Origin: Candidatus Aminicenantes bacterium
GTDB taxonomy: Bacteria; Acidobacteriota; Aminicenantia; Aminicenantales; JAFGBC01
DNA length: 64,000 bases
NCBI GenBank assembly: GCA_963702005.1
Contig: OY969696.1
Coordinates: forward strand, 2,240,001-2,304,000
Reading direction: 5' to 3'
The notes under the pieces are model-generated. The model was not told where the DNA came from, made no database searches, and worked only from the letters and a program-made list of their open reading frames with translations. Below are positions 47,727 to 56,486 of the stretch, piece by piece (the stretch's first letter is position 1; every line of letters begins with the position of its first letter). The position numbers and the translations under genes are program-made.

Positions 47727-47754
47727 GCGCAGGACATGGACGGGGAGTGAAAGC

Positions 47755-48666
47755 ATGACAGCCGCCGGTCTCGCCCGCTGTTTCGTCGTTTCATTATCCG
47801 TTCTCTCGCTTTTCCCCGCCGGAGGAGCCGTGACCGATTTTGGACAATCCATACCCAAGACGTTAGGGGCCTGGGAGGCCCGCGAGGCGGACCGGGTCTA
47901 CGACCGGAAGACCATCTTCGACTACATGGACGGCGGCGCCGAGGTCTTTCTCGCTTTCGATTTCCGCGAAGTCTGGACCCGCCGCTACGCCGGGCTTGAC
48001 GGCCGCGACCTGACCCTGGACATCTACGATATGGGCTCCCCGGCCGAAGCCTTCGGGATTTTCTCGTGCGACCGGGAGGACCCGGACGCCGGGATCGGAC
48101 AGGAGTCTGAATACGGCTTCGGCCTTCTCCGTTATTGGCAGGGCCGCTTCTTTGTGACCGTGACCGCCTCCGGCGAGGATGAAGAGTCACGTAAAGCCGT
48201 CCTGGATGTCGGCAGGGCCGCGGTCGGCCGGCTCGGCCCGCCCGGCCCCAAGCCCGATTTGGTCGATACTCTGCCGGCCGCATCGCTTCTCGCGGACCGG
48301 ACGAGCTTTTTCCACTCGAACGTCAACCTCAATAACCGCTATTTCGTGGCCAGCGATAACATCCTCAACCTCGACCGCTCCACGGACTGCGTCTTCGCCG
48401 AGTACGAGGCGGCCGCTGGAGAGGCGGGCCGCATCCTCGTCGTCCGCTATCCCGACTCCGCCAAGGCCGAAGCCGCGCGCCGGTCATTCCTAGCCGCCTA
48501 TCTCCCCGAGGCCGGCCCCGACGGCCTCGCCCGGACGGAGAACAAGAAATGGGTGCTCGCCCTCCGGAAGGAGTCTGTCCTCATCGTCGTCTTCGAAGCC
48601 CCGGACCCGGATTGGGCCCGGGCGCTGGCGTCATCCGTCTCCTCCGCCAAATCTCCCTCGAGGTGA
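47755..48666 (+). CDS. Secreted DUF6599-like protein
   Basis: Signal peptide; TIFDYMDGGAEVF and DIYDMGSPAEAFGIFS patterns; RBS GGGGAG before ATG 47755. Confidence 0.7.
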   Translation: MTAAGLARCFVVSLSVLSLFPAGGAVTDFGQSIPKTLGAWEAREADRVYDRKTIFDYMDGGAEVFLAFDFREVWTRRYAGLDGRDLTLDIYDMGSPAEAFGIFSCDREDPDAGIGQESEYGFGLLRYWQGRFFVTVTASGEDEESRKAVLDVGRAAVGRLGPPGPKPDLVDTLPAASLLADRTSFFHSNVNLNNRYFVASDNILNLDRSTDCVFAEYEAAAGEAGRILVVRYPDSAKAEAARRSFLAAYLPEAGPDGLARTENKKWVLALRKESVLIVVFEAPDPDWARALASSVSSAKSPSR

Positions 48667-48673
48667 AAACGCC

Positions 48674-49551
48674 ATGACCCCCATCATTACCCGACGCGAT
48701 TTCCTCAAGGGGACGACGGCCGTCGTCCTCGGAGCCCATCTGGCGCGGGCTCAAGAGCCGGCCGCCGCCAAAAAAACGAGGGTCGTCTTAATCCGGCATG
48801 CCGACGTCCTGGACGAAAACTCAGCCATCAACCCGGATATCCTCCAGGGCATGCTCGACCAGGCCGTCATGAGGCTCCTCGATGAAAGCGATCCCGTTAA
48901 AGCCTTCGGCAGGCTCGTCAAATCCGGCGAGACGGTGGGCATCAAGACCAACGTCTGGTCTTACCTCCCGACCCCCAAGGAGCTCGAGGCGGCCGTCAAA
49001 AGGCGCCTGATGGACGCTGGCATCGCCGAGGACAAGATCGGGCTCGATGATCATACGGTACGAACCAACCCGCTGTTCGTAAACGCGACCTCCCTGATCA
49101 ACGTCAGGCCGCTCCGGACCCATTACCTGGCCGGTATGTCGGGAACCATCAAGAACTACATCATGTTCGCGGAATCCCAGGAGGCTCTCCACCCGACAGC
49201 TGCGCCGACTTGGGGTCGTTATTCAAGCTCCCGATCGTCCAGGGCAAGACGCGGCTCAACATCCTGTGCGTCCTGACGCCGCAGTTCCACGGCCGCGGGC
49301 CCCATCACTTCAGCCGGCGCTACGTCTGGGCTTACAAGGGCCTGATCGTCGGGCAGGATCCCGTCGCCGTCGACACGATCGGGCTCCGCCTGATCATGGC
49401 CAAGCGCCGCGAGGTCCTGGGCAAGGCCCAGGAGCTGCCGCCGGTGCCCAAGCACATCCAGCTCGCCGACACCCGCCACGGCATCGGAACAAGCGATATC
49501 GACGCCATCGAGCTCATCAAGCTCGGCTGGGACGAGAACATCCTGGTTTGA
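48674..49551 (+). pseudogene. Tat-exported DUF362-domain protein split by a 1-nt frameshift near 49192-49195 (probably an intact gene with a sequencing error)
   Basis: TRRDFLK twin-arginine signal, VGIKTN, INVRPLRTH, GTIKNY, then DPVAVD in the next frame; one added C gives LHPDSCADLGSLF. Confidence 0.75.
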
Positions 49552-49580
49552 ACGGCCTCCGGAGGCCTGGAGGACGGACC

Positions 49581-51416
49581 ATGAACTCAGCAAGGACGAT
49601 CGTGATTCTTTTCCTGATCGCGGCCGGGATTTGCCTGCCGCTACGGACCGGAGCCAAGGACGGGAATCCGCGGCTCCTCGGCTCCATCCTGTGGTCCAAG
49701 GCCTACGATGTCGTTGTCGACGGCCGATACGCTTATGGATCCTTCCTCAACGGCCTGGTCGTCCTGGACCTTTTCGACCGACGCTCTCCCGTGGCGGTTT
49801 CACAGCTCTATTTGGGGGGCGGCTACGACATCGAGAAAAAGGGCGGCCTCGTCTATATCGCCGCCGGGCGCGAGGGATTGAAGATCGTAGACGTCTCCAA
49901 TCCCGCCGGGCCGGTTGTCAAGGGCGGAGCGGCCACGTCCGCTCCGGCCAAGGCGGTCGCGGTCGGCGAACGGCACGCCTTCGTCGCGGCCGGAGCGGCA
50001 GGGCTCCAGGTCTTCGACATCGGAAATCCCGGCTCGCCCAAGGCCGTGGCTTCGCTCGACACTCAGGGCGCATCGGAAGGGGTGACCCTGTCGGGAACCA
50101 CGCTGTTTCTATCAGACGGCGACGCCGGGCTCCGGATCATTGATGTCCGGGATCCGGCCGCGCCGAAGATAATCGGCTCTTTCGATACGCCGGGGACGGC
50201 CCGGCAGACGGCCGTCTCGGGCCGGCATGCGTTCGTGGCCGACGGGGCGGCGGGCTTGACCGTCGTCGATATCTCCCGTCCCGAAGTTCCCAAACAGGCC
50301 GGTTCGCTGATGACGTCGAGCTACGCCAACAGCATCGCCCTGGCGGAGGGCGGGATCGCCTGCGTTGGAACCCTCTACGACGGCGGCTTTCAGGTCCTGG
50401 ACATCGGCAAACCGGAGGCGCCCGTCTCGCTGGCCATCGTCAAGTATACGATGTACAACGAAGCCTGGGGGGTGACCGTCTTGGGGACGACGGCCTTCGT
50501 CGTCGACTATTTCTCCGGGATCAATCTAGTGGATATCTCCGATCCGCGCAAGCCGCTTGTAGTCGGGCGCTTTGCGACCCCCAGTTCCATCATCGCCGCC
50601 GCCGTCGAGGACCACACCCTCTACGCGATCGGGGAGCTTTCCGGCCTTCAGGTTTACGACATCGCAGATCCCGCGGCGCCCCGTTTCGTCGGTGCCTCGG
50701 CTATCTCGCGCGGGATCCAGGGGCTGACGGTTCAAGGTTCATTCGCCTATGAGACGGAGAGGCGCGTCCTCAACATCCTGGACGTGTCCGATCCCAAGGC
50801 CATCAAGATCGTGAAGTCCCTTCCGCTTCCGGGCGTTCCCCGGGCCGTGGTGGTCCGGGACCGCTACGCTTTTGTGACGTCCGATCATTCGGGATTTCAC
50901 ATCGTGGACGTCTCGGACCCCCGGTCGCCCAAGGTCGTCGGATCGCTCGAGATGCCCGGGTTCGCCTACGGCCTGACGGTCGTCGGAGACAGAGCCTATC
51001 TCTGCAGCAGCGACACGGGATTCCACGTGCTTGATATCGCCGATCCGATGAAGCCGGCGCTCTTGGGATCGTTCCGTACGCCCGGCGAGCCCTATGCCGC
51101 GGCGGTCAAGGACGGAGTCGCGTTTGTCGCCGACGGCCCCGAGGGACTCCTCGCGCTGGACGTTTCCGATCCGAAGGCCATCAAGTCGATCGGGAGCGCT
51201 TCCTTCGAGGGATTCGCCAACGGCATCGCCGTCGCGGGGACGACCGCCTACGTTTCGGACGAAAGCTTCGGCCTCCGGGCGTTCGATATCGGCAACCCGG
51301 CGGCGCCCAAGCTCGTCGGCGGCACCAAGACGCCGGGCGAGCCCGCGACCGTCCGCATCGCCGACGGCCTCATCATCCTCCCTGACTCCTTCTCTTTATT
51401 TCTTTTTAAATGGTGA
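49581..51416 (+). CDS. Secreted LVIVD-repeat beta-propeller protein
   Basis: About 13 repeats of A(F/Y)VA...GL(x)(I/V)(V/L)D(I/V)SDP; signal peptide from ATG 49581 with GGAGG RBS. Confidence 0.9.
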   Translation: MNSARTIVILFLIAAGICLPLRTGAKDGNPRLLGSILWSKAYDVVVDGRYAYGSFLNGLVVLDLFDRRSPVAVSQLYLGGGYDIEKKGGLVYIAAGREGLKIVDVSNPAGPVVKGGAATSAPAKAVAVGERHAFVAAGAAGLQVFDIGNPGSPKAVASLDTQGASEGVTLSGTTLFLSDGDAGLRIIDVRDPAAPKIIGSFDTPGTARQTAVSGRHAFVADGAAGLTVVDISRPEVPKQAGSLMTSSYANSIALAEGGIACVGTLYDGGFQVLDIGKPEAPVSLAIVKYTMYNEAWGVTVLGTTAFVVDYFSGINLVDISDPRKPLVVGRFATPSSIIAAAVEDHTLYAIGELSGLQVYDIADPAAPRFVGASAISRGIQGLTVQGSFAYETERRVLNILDVSDPKAIKIVKSLPLPGVPRAVVVRDRYAFVTSDHSGFHIVDVSDPRSPKVVGSLEMPGFAYGLTVVGDRAYLCSSDTGFHVLDIADPMKPALLGSFRTPGEPYAAAVKDGVAFVADGPEGLLALDVSDPKAIKSIGSASFEGFANGIAVAGTTAYVSDESFGLRAFDIGNPAAPKLVGGTKTPGEPATVRIADGLIILPDSFSLFLFKW

Positions 51417-51581
51417 CAGACATCTATTTACCCAATTGTTTTTTTAATAATTCAGCGGCTAATGACTTATTTCTAAAAATATTTCGAGTGTTCCCGGTAT
51501 TGAAAGTAGCTTTGAAGTTCTTTTCGGACCTAATCTCTACTCCCAGGTGCTGAGAAATTCGGTAAATAGATGTCTGTCACC
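51412..51581. repeat. Family-B inverted-repeat element, copy 2
   Basis: Perfect 21-bp arms GGTGACAGACATCTATTTACC / GGTAAATAGATGTCTGTCACC around an AT-rich spacer. Confidence 0.88.
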
Positions 51582-51599
51582 AAATAATTATGACCAAAT

Positions 51600-51627
51600 A
51601 ATTAAGTCGTGTGTCCCCGGAATTATT
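51600..51627. repeat. Family-A repeat, solo arm (copy 5)
   Basis: AATTAAGTCGTGTGTCCCCGGAATTATT abutting the porB stop codon. Confidence 0.85.
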
Positions 51628-52530
51628 CTACTGGCACTTTTTCTGGAGAGCGGCCCAATTGCGGTCGACCTCGTCCTGCATAACCTTGATATCGTCATCC
51701 TTGAGATGGCGGAACCGTCCCTGGAGCCGGAGGTAGTCCGTGATCGGCTTCTTTTCGGCGACCTTGATGCTCATCTTGTAAGTCTCGCCGTTCTCGATCT
51801 CATACAGCGGAAATATCCCGTTCTGGACGACCATCCGGGCCAGCTTGACCGTGTCCTCGGGCCGGCTCTTCCAGCCGGTCGGGCAGGGCGCCCAGACGTG
51901 GAGGAACTTGGTGCCCCTAATCTCCTTGGCTTTTTTGGCCTTCTTGACCAGGTCCTCGGGGTAGGCGACGCTGGCCGTCGCGATGTAGGGGATGCGGTGG
52001 GCGGCCATGATGCCCACGATGTCCTTCTTGGGGCGGTTCTTGAAGTGCTTGACGGGGGTCGTGGTCGTCCAAGCCCCGTAAGGGGTTGCCGAGCTGCGCT
52101 GGATGCCCGTGTTCATGTAGGCTTCGTTGTCGTAGCAGACATAAATAATGTCGTCGTTCCGCTCGGCCGCCCCGCTCAGCGCCTGGAGCCCGATGTCGAA
52201 GGTCCCGCCGTCGCCCGCCCAGGCCAGGACTGTCGTCTCGGTATCGCCGACCATCTCCAGCCCGGCCTTGACGCCCGATGCCGACGAGGCCGCCGTCTCG
52301 AAGGCGCAGTGGAAGATTGGGATACCCAGCGAGGAGTGGGGGAAGGGTCCGTCGATGACGGCCCAGCAGCAGGCCGGGATGCAGACGATCGTTTTCTGGC
52401 CGAGACCCTTCAACACGTAGCGCATGGCCATGGTCGCTCCGCAGCCCTGGCAGGCGAGATGGCCCGGGCTCATCAGCTCTTCTTCGGGGATCGTCAGCTT
52501 CATGGTTTTTTTCTTGGCGTCTGGACTCAT
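51628..52530 (-). CDS. porB: Pyruvate/2-oxoacid:ferredoxin oxidoreductase beta subunit
   Basis: GHLACQGCG, GDGGTFDIG (TPP motif), DNEAYMNTGIQRS, PCPTGW. Confidence 0.93.
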   Translation of the reverse strand: MSPDAKKKTMKLTIPEEELMSPGHLACQGCGATMAMRYVLKGLGQKTIVCIPACCWAVIDGPFPHSSLGIPIFHCAFETAASSASGVKAGLEMVGDTETTVLAWAGDGGTFDIGLQALSGAAERNDDIIYVCYDNEAYMNTGIQRSSATPYGAWTTTTPVKHFKNRPKKDIVGIMAAHRIPYIATASVAYPEDLVKKAKKAKEIRGTKFLHVWAPCPTGWKSRPEDTVKLARMVVQNGIFPLYEIENGETYKMSIKVAEKKPITDYLRLQGRFRHLKDDDIKVMQDEVDRNWAALQKKCQ

Positions 52531-53681
52531 CTCTTGACTCCTATCCAGCCGATCGGCTCGGCCTGCCGCGCCTGAGACATGGTGTCCTGGGCGATCTCGC
52601 GGAACATGTCGATCGTGATATCACGGCCTCCCAGCCCGGTGATGTAGCCGAACAGGGCTGGCGCCTTGGCCTCGCCGTACAGGGCGGACTTGATCTCCTG
52701 GTAGAAGATTCCGTGGTGGCCGTAGGAGCAGTTCCGGTCGACGACGGCCGCCTTGGGGACTTTGACGAGCGCCTCACGGACCTTCTGGAACGGGAAGGGC
52801 CGGAAAACCTTGATCCTTAGATTCCCGGCCTTGACGCCCCCTTTGCGGAGCTCGTCGACCGCGACCCGGGCCGTATAGCCGGCCGTGCCCGAGGTCACAA
52901 ACACGAAGTCGGCGTCGTCGCAGCGGTAGTCCTCGACCTGGCCCAGGTAGCGGCCGAAGATCTTCTCGTACTCACGACCGGTCTCCTCGATGGCGGCCGG
53001 GATTTTCTCCATGTCCTTCTGGAGCTTGTAGCGGAGCTCGAAGTAGTGGTCGGGCGAGGTCAGGGCGTTGAAAGCGTGCGGCTCCTTCGGCGTGAGCCGG
53101 AAGGGCGGGTTGAACTTGGGCAGGTAGGCGTCGACCTTGTCCTGGTCCGGGATGTCGACGACTTCGTAGGTATGGCTAAGGGCGAAGGCGTCCAGGACGA
53201 CCATGGAGGGGATCATGAACCGCTCCGAGACCTTGAAGGCCTGGATGACCGTGTCCACGACTTCCTGGTTCGACGCGCAGTAGAACTGGAGCCAGCCCGT
53301 GTCGCGCTGAGAGAGGCTGTCGTTCTGGTCGGTCCAGATGCTCCAGCCCGGCGCCATGGCCCGGTTGATGTTGCCCATCACGACCGGCTGGCGGCCGCCC
53401 GAGGCCCAGTGGAGGAGCTCGTGCATCAGGGCCAGGCCTTGGGCCGAGGTCGCCGTGAAGGTCCGGGCGCCGGCCAGCGACGCTCCCAGGCAGGCGGCCA
53501 TGGCCGAGTGCTCGGACTCGACCTTGATGAACTTGGCGTCGAGGGTCTTGGAGGCGCACATCTCGCTCAGGAGCTCGACGACCTGGGTCTGGGGCGTGAT
53601 CGGGTAGGCGGCGATGACCTGGGAGCGGGCCAGCATCGCCCCGTAGGAGAGGGCGTGGTTGCCCATGATGACTTTTTTCAT
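52527..53681 (-). CDS. porA: Pyruvate/2-oxoacid:ferredoxin oxidoreductase alpha subunit
   Basis: AAYPITPQT, VESEHSA, TATSAQGLALMHE, FRPFP, GLGGRD. Confidence 0.93.
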   Translation of the reverse strand: MKKVIMGNHALSYGAMLARSQVIAAYPITPQTQVVELLSEMCASKTLDAKFIKVESEHSAMAACLGASLAGARTFTATSAQGLALMHELLHWASGGRQPVVMGNINRAMAPGWSIWTDQNDSLSQRDTGWLQFYCASNQEVVDTVIQAFKVSERFMIPSMVVLDAFALSHTYEVVDIPDQDKVDAYLPKFNPPFRLTPKEPHAFNALTSPDHYFELRYKLQKDMEKIPAAIEETGREYEKIFGRYLGQVEDYRCDDADFVFVTSGTAGYTARVAVDELRKGGVKAGNLRIKVFRPFPFQKVREALVKVPKAAVVDRNCSYGHHGIFYQEIKSALYGEAKAPALFGYITGLGGRDITIDMFREIAQDTMSQARQAEPIGWIGVKR

Positions 53682-53977
53682 TTCTCCTCCTCGACCATGG
53701 CGATGCACTTGGACGGGCATTCCTCGGCGCAGATGCCGCAGCCCTTGCAGTAGTCGTAGTCGATGACCGGGAAGTCGTCCTCGATGTAGATGGAAGTGTC
53801 CGGGCAGTACTTCCAGCAGATGCCGCACTGGATGCAGGCGGCCTTGTCGATGACGGGCCTGATGTTCCGCCAGGCCCCGGTCAGGTTATAAAGCATGGAG
53901 CCGAGGGACATCGGGGTCAGCGGGACCTCTTTCTCGGAAGCGAAAACGATCTTCTTGGTCGGCTTGAATTTCTTCAT
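53678..53977 (-). CDS. porD: Pyruvate/2-oxoacid:ferredoxin oxidoreductase delta subunit (2x[4Fe-4S])
   Basis: TGAWRNIRP, CIQCGICWKYCP, YCKGCGICAEECP. Confidence 0.93.
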   Translation of the reverse strand: MKKFKPTKKIVFASEKEVPLTPMSLGSMLYNLTGAWRNIRPVIDKAACIQCGICWKYCPDTSIYIEDDFPVIDYDYCKGCGICAEECPSKCIAMVEEEK

Positions 53978-54007
53978 GGCGGTCCTTTCGCTCCTCCGGC
54001 GGCGGCC

Positions 54008-54556
54008 TCAGGCGGAGGCCTTCTTGTAAGCCTCCCGGGCGGCCGCCATGTTGGCGTCGGCGGCGGTCGGGACGCCCTCCTTGATGGCTGCGATCAGGGA
54101 TTCGAGCTTGGTCAGCCCGAGTAACTTGACGACGGCGCCGACGATGGCCGTATTGACGATGGGCGCGGCCAGCGTCCCCAGCTTGTGCTTGACGGCGATC
54201 CCGGTCGCGTTGATGGTCACGACCTTGAAGGCCTTGGGGAGCTTGAGTTCGCCGGGGTTCCGGTCGCTGTTGACGATGATCATGCCTCCCGGCTTGAGCC
54301 CTTCTGTGACGTCGATCGCCTCGAGCAGGGTCGGGTCGACCACGACCACATGGTCGGGGGTATAAATGCGGCTTTTGTCGTAAATGGGCTTGTCGTCGAT
54401 CCGGAGGAAGGCGAAGACCGGCGCCCCCCGGCGCTCCACCCCAAATTCCGGGTAGGCCTGGACGTAGTTTCCCTCTTTAGCCAGAGCGTCGGCGAGGACT
54501 TTGGAGGCGACGACCGTGCCCTGGCCGCCCCGGCCGTGGAAACGGATCTCGATCAT
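54008..54556 (-). CDS. porC: Pyruvate/2-oxoacid:ferredoxin oxidoreductase gamma subunit
   Basis: EIRFHGRGGQG, PEFGVERRGAPV, VNTAIVGA; RBS AAAGGAG. Confidence 0.93.
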   Translation of the reverse strand: MIEIRFHGRGGQGTVVASKVLADALAKEGNYVQAYPEFGVERRGAPVFAFLRIDDKPIYDKSRIYTPDHVVVVDPTLLEAIDVTEGLKPGGMIIVNSDRNPGELKLPKAFKVVTINATGIAVKHKLGTLAAPIVNTAIVGAVVKLLGLTKLESLIAAIKEGVPTAADANMAAAREAYKKASA

Positions 54557-54574
54557 TTCAAACTCCTTTCTAAA

Positions 54575-54643
54575 TAATTCGGGGGACACACGACTTAATT
54601 CCCTCGGCGGCTGTGATAATTAAGTCGTGTGTCCCCCGAATTA
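54575..54643. repeat. Family-A repeat, copy 6
   Basis: 26-bp inverted arms, both carrying the same T>G variant, with a 17-nt spacer. Confidence 0.9.
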
Positions 54644-54662
54644 CCTCGACCATGAGTTTTAA

Positions 54663-54691
54663 AGTTTATGGTTTGGAGCGGGGAGTGTCAA
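54663..54691 (-). promoter_or_regulatory. Sigma70-type promoter of the por operon
   Basis: Minus strand TTGACA-17 nt-TAAACT. Confidence 0.65.
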
Positions 54692-54692
54692 G

Positions 54693-56486
54693 TTATTCGG
54701 CGATGACAGCGGCGTAGGAGGGAATCGTCCGGACGAGCTCCTCATGACTTCCGGCCCCCGCGAGCCTGCCGCCCTCGAAAAACAGGACGCGCTGCGCCCG
54801 CTTAATAGTCGATAGACGGTGCGAGACGAGGAACAGGGTCTTTTTCCTGGCGGCCTCGGGCAGCATCACGAACAAAGACCGCTCCGTGGCGCCGTCCAGA
54901 GCTGAGGTCGGTTCATCGAGGACGAGGATGTCCGGTTTCTTGACAAGGGCCCTGGCGATCGAAAGCCTCTGCCGCTGGCCCTCCGAAAAATTGACGCCGT
55001 CTTCGCCGACGTGCGTCTCGTAGCCGTTGGGAAGCCCGGCGATGAAAAAGTGGATTCCGGCCAGCTTGGCGGCTTCGCGCGCCCCCTCCGGACCGGCCGA
55101 TTCATCCCCGTACAGGATGTTCTCCATGATGGTCCCGCTCTGTAGCTGGGTCGACTGGGAGACATAGCCGATCCGCTTGCGGAGCGAGTCGAGCTCGTAT
55201 TCTCCGGCCGGCCGCCCGTCGATATAAACTTCGCCCGACGTCGGCTTGTAGAAGCGGAGGATGAGGCTGAGAAGGGTCGTTTTTCCGACGCCGGAAGCCC
55301 CCACCAGGGCGATTTGCTCCCCGGGCTCGACTTTGAACGAAACTCCGTCCAGAACTTTCTCGCCGCCGCCGTAGGAGAACGAAACGCCCCTGAACTCGAC
55401 CCGCCCCTTCAGCCGTTCCACCTGCAGCCCCTGTCCCAAGTTCTCCTCGGGAACGATCTCGAACAGGTTCGAAACCCTCTCCAACGCGGCGAAGGCGAGC
55501 TGGAACTGGAAATTGGCGCCGGCCAGGAATTGGGCGGGCGAAAAGACATAGCCGAGCGAGGTCTGGAAGGCCAGCAGAGACCCGATCGTCCATCGGCCGC
55601 GGATGATCAGGATGGCCCCCACGACCAGGACGATGAATTGGGCCAGGTAGGGGACGAGGCCCACGGCCGTCCCGGCCGCCGACGAGACCGTGCTCTGCTC
55701 AATGTTGATCTGGACGAGCGACCGGAGGCGGGACATGACCTTCCCGACCTCCCTCTTTTCGGCGGCGAAGGCCTTGACCAGGGTCGAGGTCGCCAGGGAC
55801 TCCTCCATGACCCGCGTCACCTCGGCCTGCCGCTCCATCCCGTGATGGCCGAGGTGCCTCATCTTTTGGCTGAAGAAACGGACGGCCCAGACGAGAAGCG
55901 GCAGGGTCGCCAGGACGGACGCGGCCAGCAGCCATTTGAGATAGAGGAGGAGCGCGACGCCGCCGACGAGGCGGATGGCCGACGCGGCGATGTGGGGGAC
56001 CGTCGCGGAAAAAAACCAGCGCAAACCCTGAACGTCCCCCAAAACCCGGGACATGATGTAGCCCGTCTCCTTCTCGTCGAAGAAGGATTTGGGGAGACGC
56101 AGAGTCCGGTCGATGAGGTCTTCTTGGATCTCGAGAAGGACCTCCTGCTCGAACCGGGCGAAGAAATAATTCTGCCAGGCCCCGAGCAGGATCTCGGCCG
56201 CCTTGGCCGCAACCAGGAGCGCGACGGCCGCCGCTAAAAGCCCGATCTGCTTGCCCAAAATGACGCGGTCGACGAGATAGCGCATGATGAGCGGAACGGG
56301 AAGGGCGACGATCGAGGCCGCCGCGACGATCGCGGCCCCCAAGGCGGCCCGCGCCCAGCGGCGCTGCAGGTAAGGCGCGAAGCGGCGGAGCCGGTCTCGC
56401 CAATCCTTGCCGGGCGCGAGGCCGATCCGGTCCTCGGGCATCGGGCGTTCGAGGCCCTGTTTCAGGTATCGAATGAACGATCTCAT
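54693..56486 (-). CDS. ABC exporter, fused permease/ATPase (MsbA/MdlB-like)
   Basis: Six TM helices, GASGVGKTT, FSEGQRQR, LDEPTSALD; ATG 56486 overlaps the upstream stop. Confidence 0.9.
   Translation of the reverse strand: MRSFIRYLKQGLERPMPEDRIGLAPGKDWRDRLRRFAPYLQRRWARAALGAAIVAAASIVALPVPLIMRYLVDRVILGKQIGLLAAAVALLVAAKAAEILLGAWQNYFFARFEQEVLLEIQEDLIDRTLRLPKSFFDEKETGYIMSRVLGDVQGLRWFFSATVPHIAASAIRLVGGVALLLYLKWLLAASVLATLPLLVWAVRFFSQKMRHLGHHGMERQAEVTRVMEESLATSTLVKAFAAEKREVGKVMSRLRSLVQINIEQSTVSSAAGTAVGLVPYLAQFIVLVVGAILIIRGRWTIGSLLAFQTSLGYVFSPAQFLAGANFQFQLAFAALERVSNLFEIVPEENLGQGLQVERLKGRVEFRGVSFSYGGGEKVLDGVSFKVEPGEQIALVGASGVGKTTLLSLILRFYKPTSGEVYIDGRPAGEYELDSLRKRIGYVSQSTQLQSGTIMENILYGDESAGPEGAREAAKLAGIHFFIAGLPNGYETHVGEDGVNFSEGQRQRLSIARALVKKPDILVLDEPTSALDGATERSLFVMLPEAARKKTLFLVSHRLSTIKRAQRVLFFEGGRLAGAGSHEELVRTIPSYAAVIAE

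Noticed and set aside
42431-54589. ORF starts or segments reading MSPELF, ILGTHDLI or IKSCVPRII (42431, 47527, 51547, 54589)
   Set aside because: These peptides are translations of the family-A repeat; the real starts with RBS lie downstream (47755, 54556) or the ORF is spurious
30542-54643. Family-A repeats as a CRISPR array or CRISPR-like spacer system
   Set aside because: Copies are dispersed inverted pairs with spacers of 4-48 nt, not tandem direct repeats with uniform spacers, and no cas genes are present
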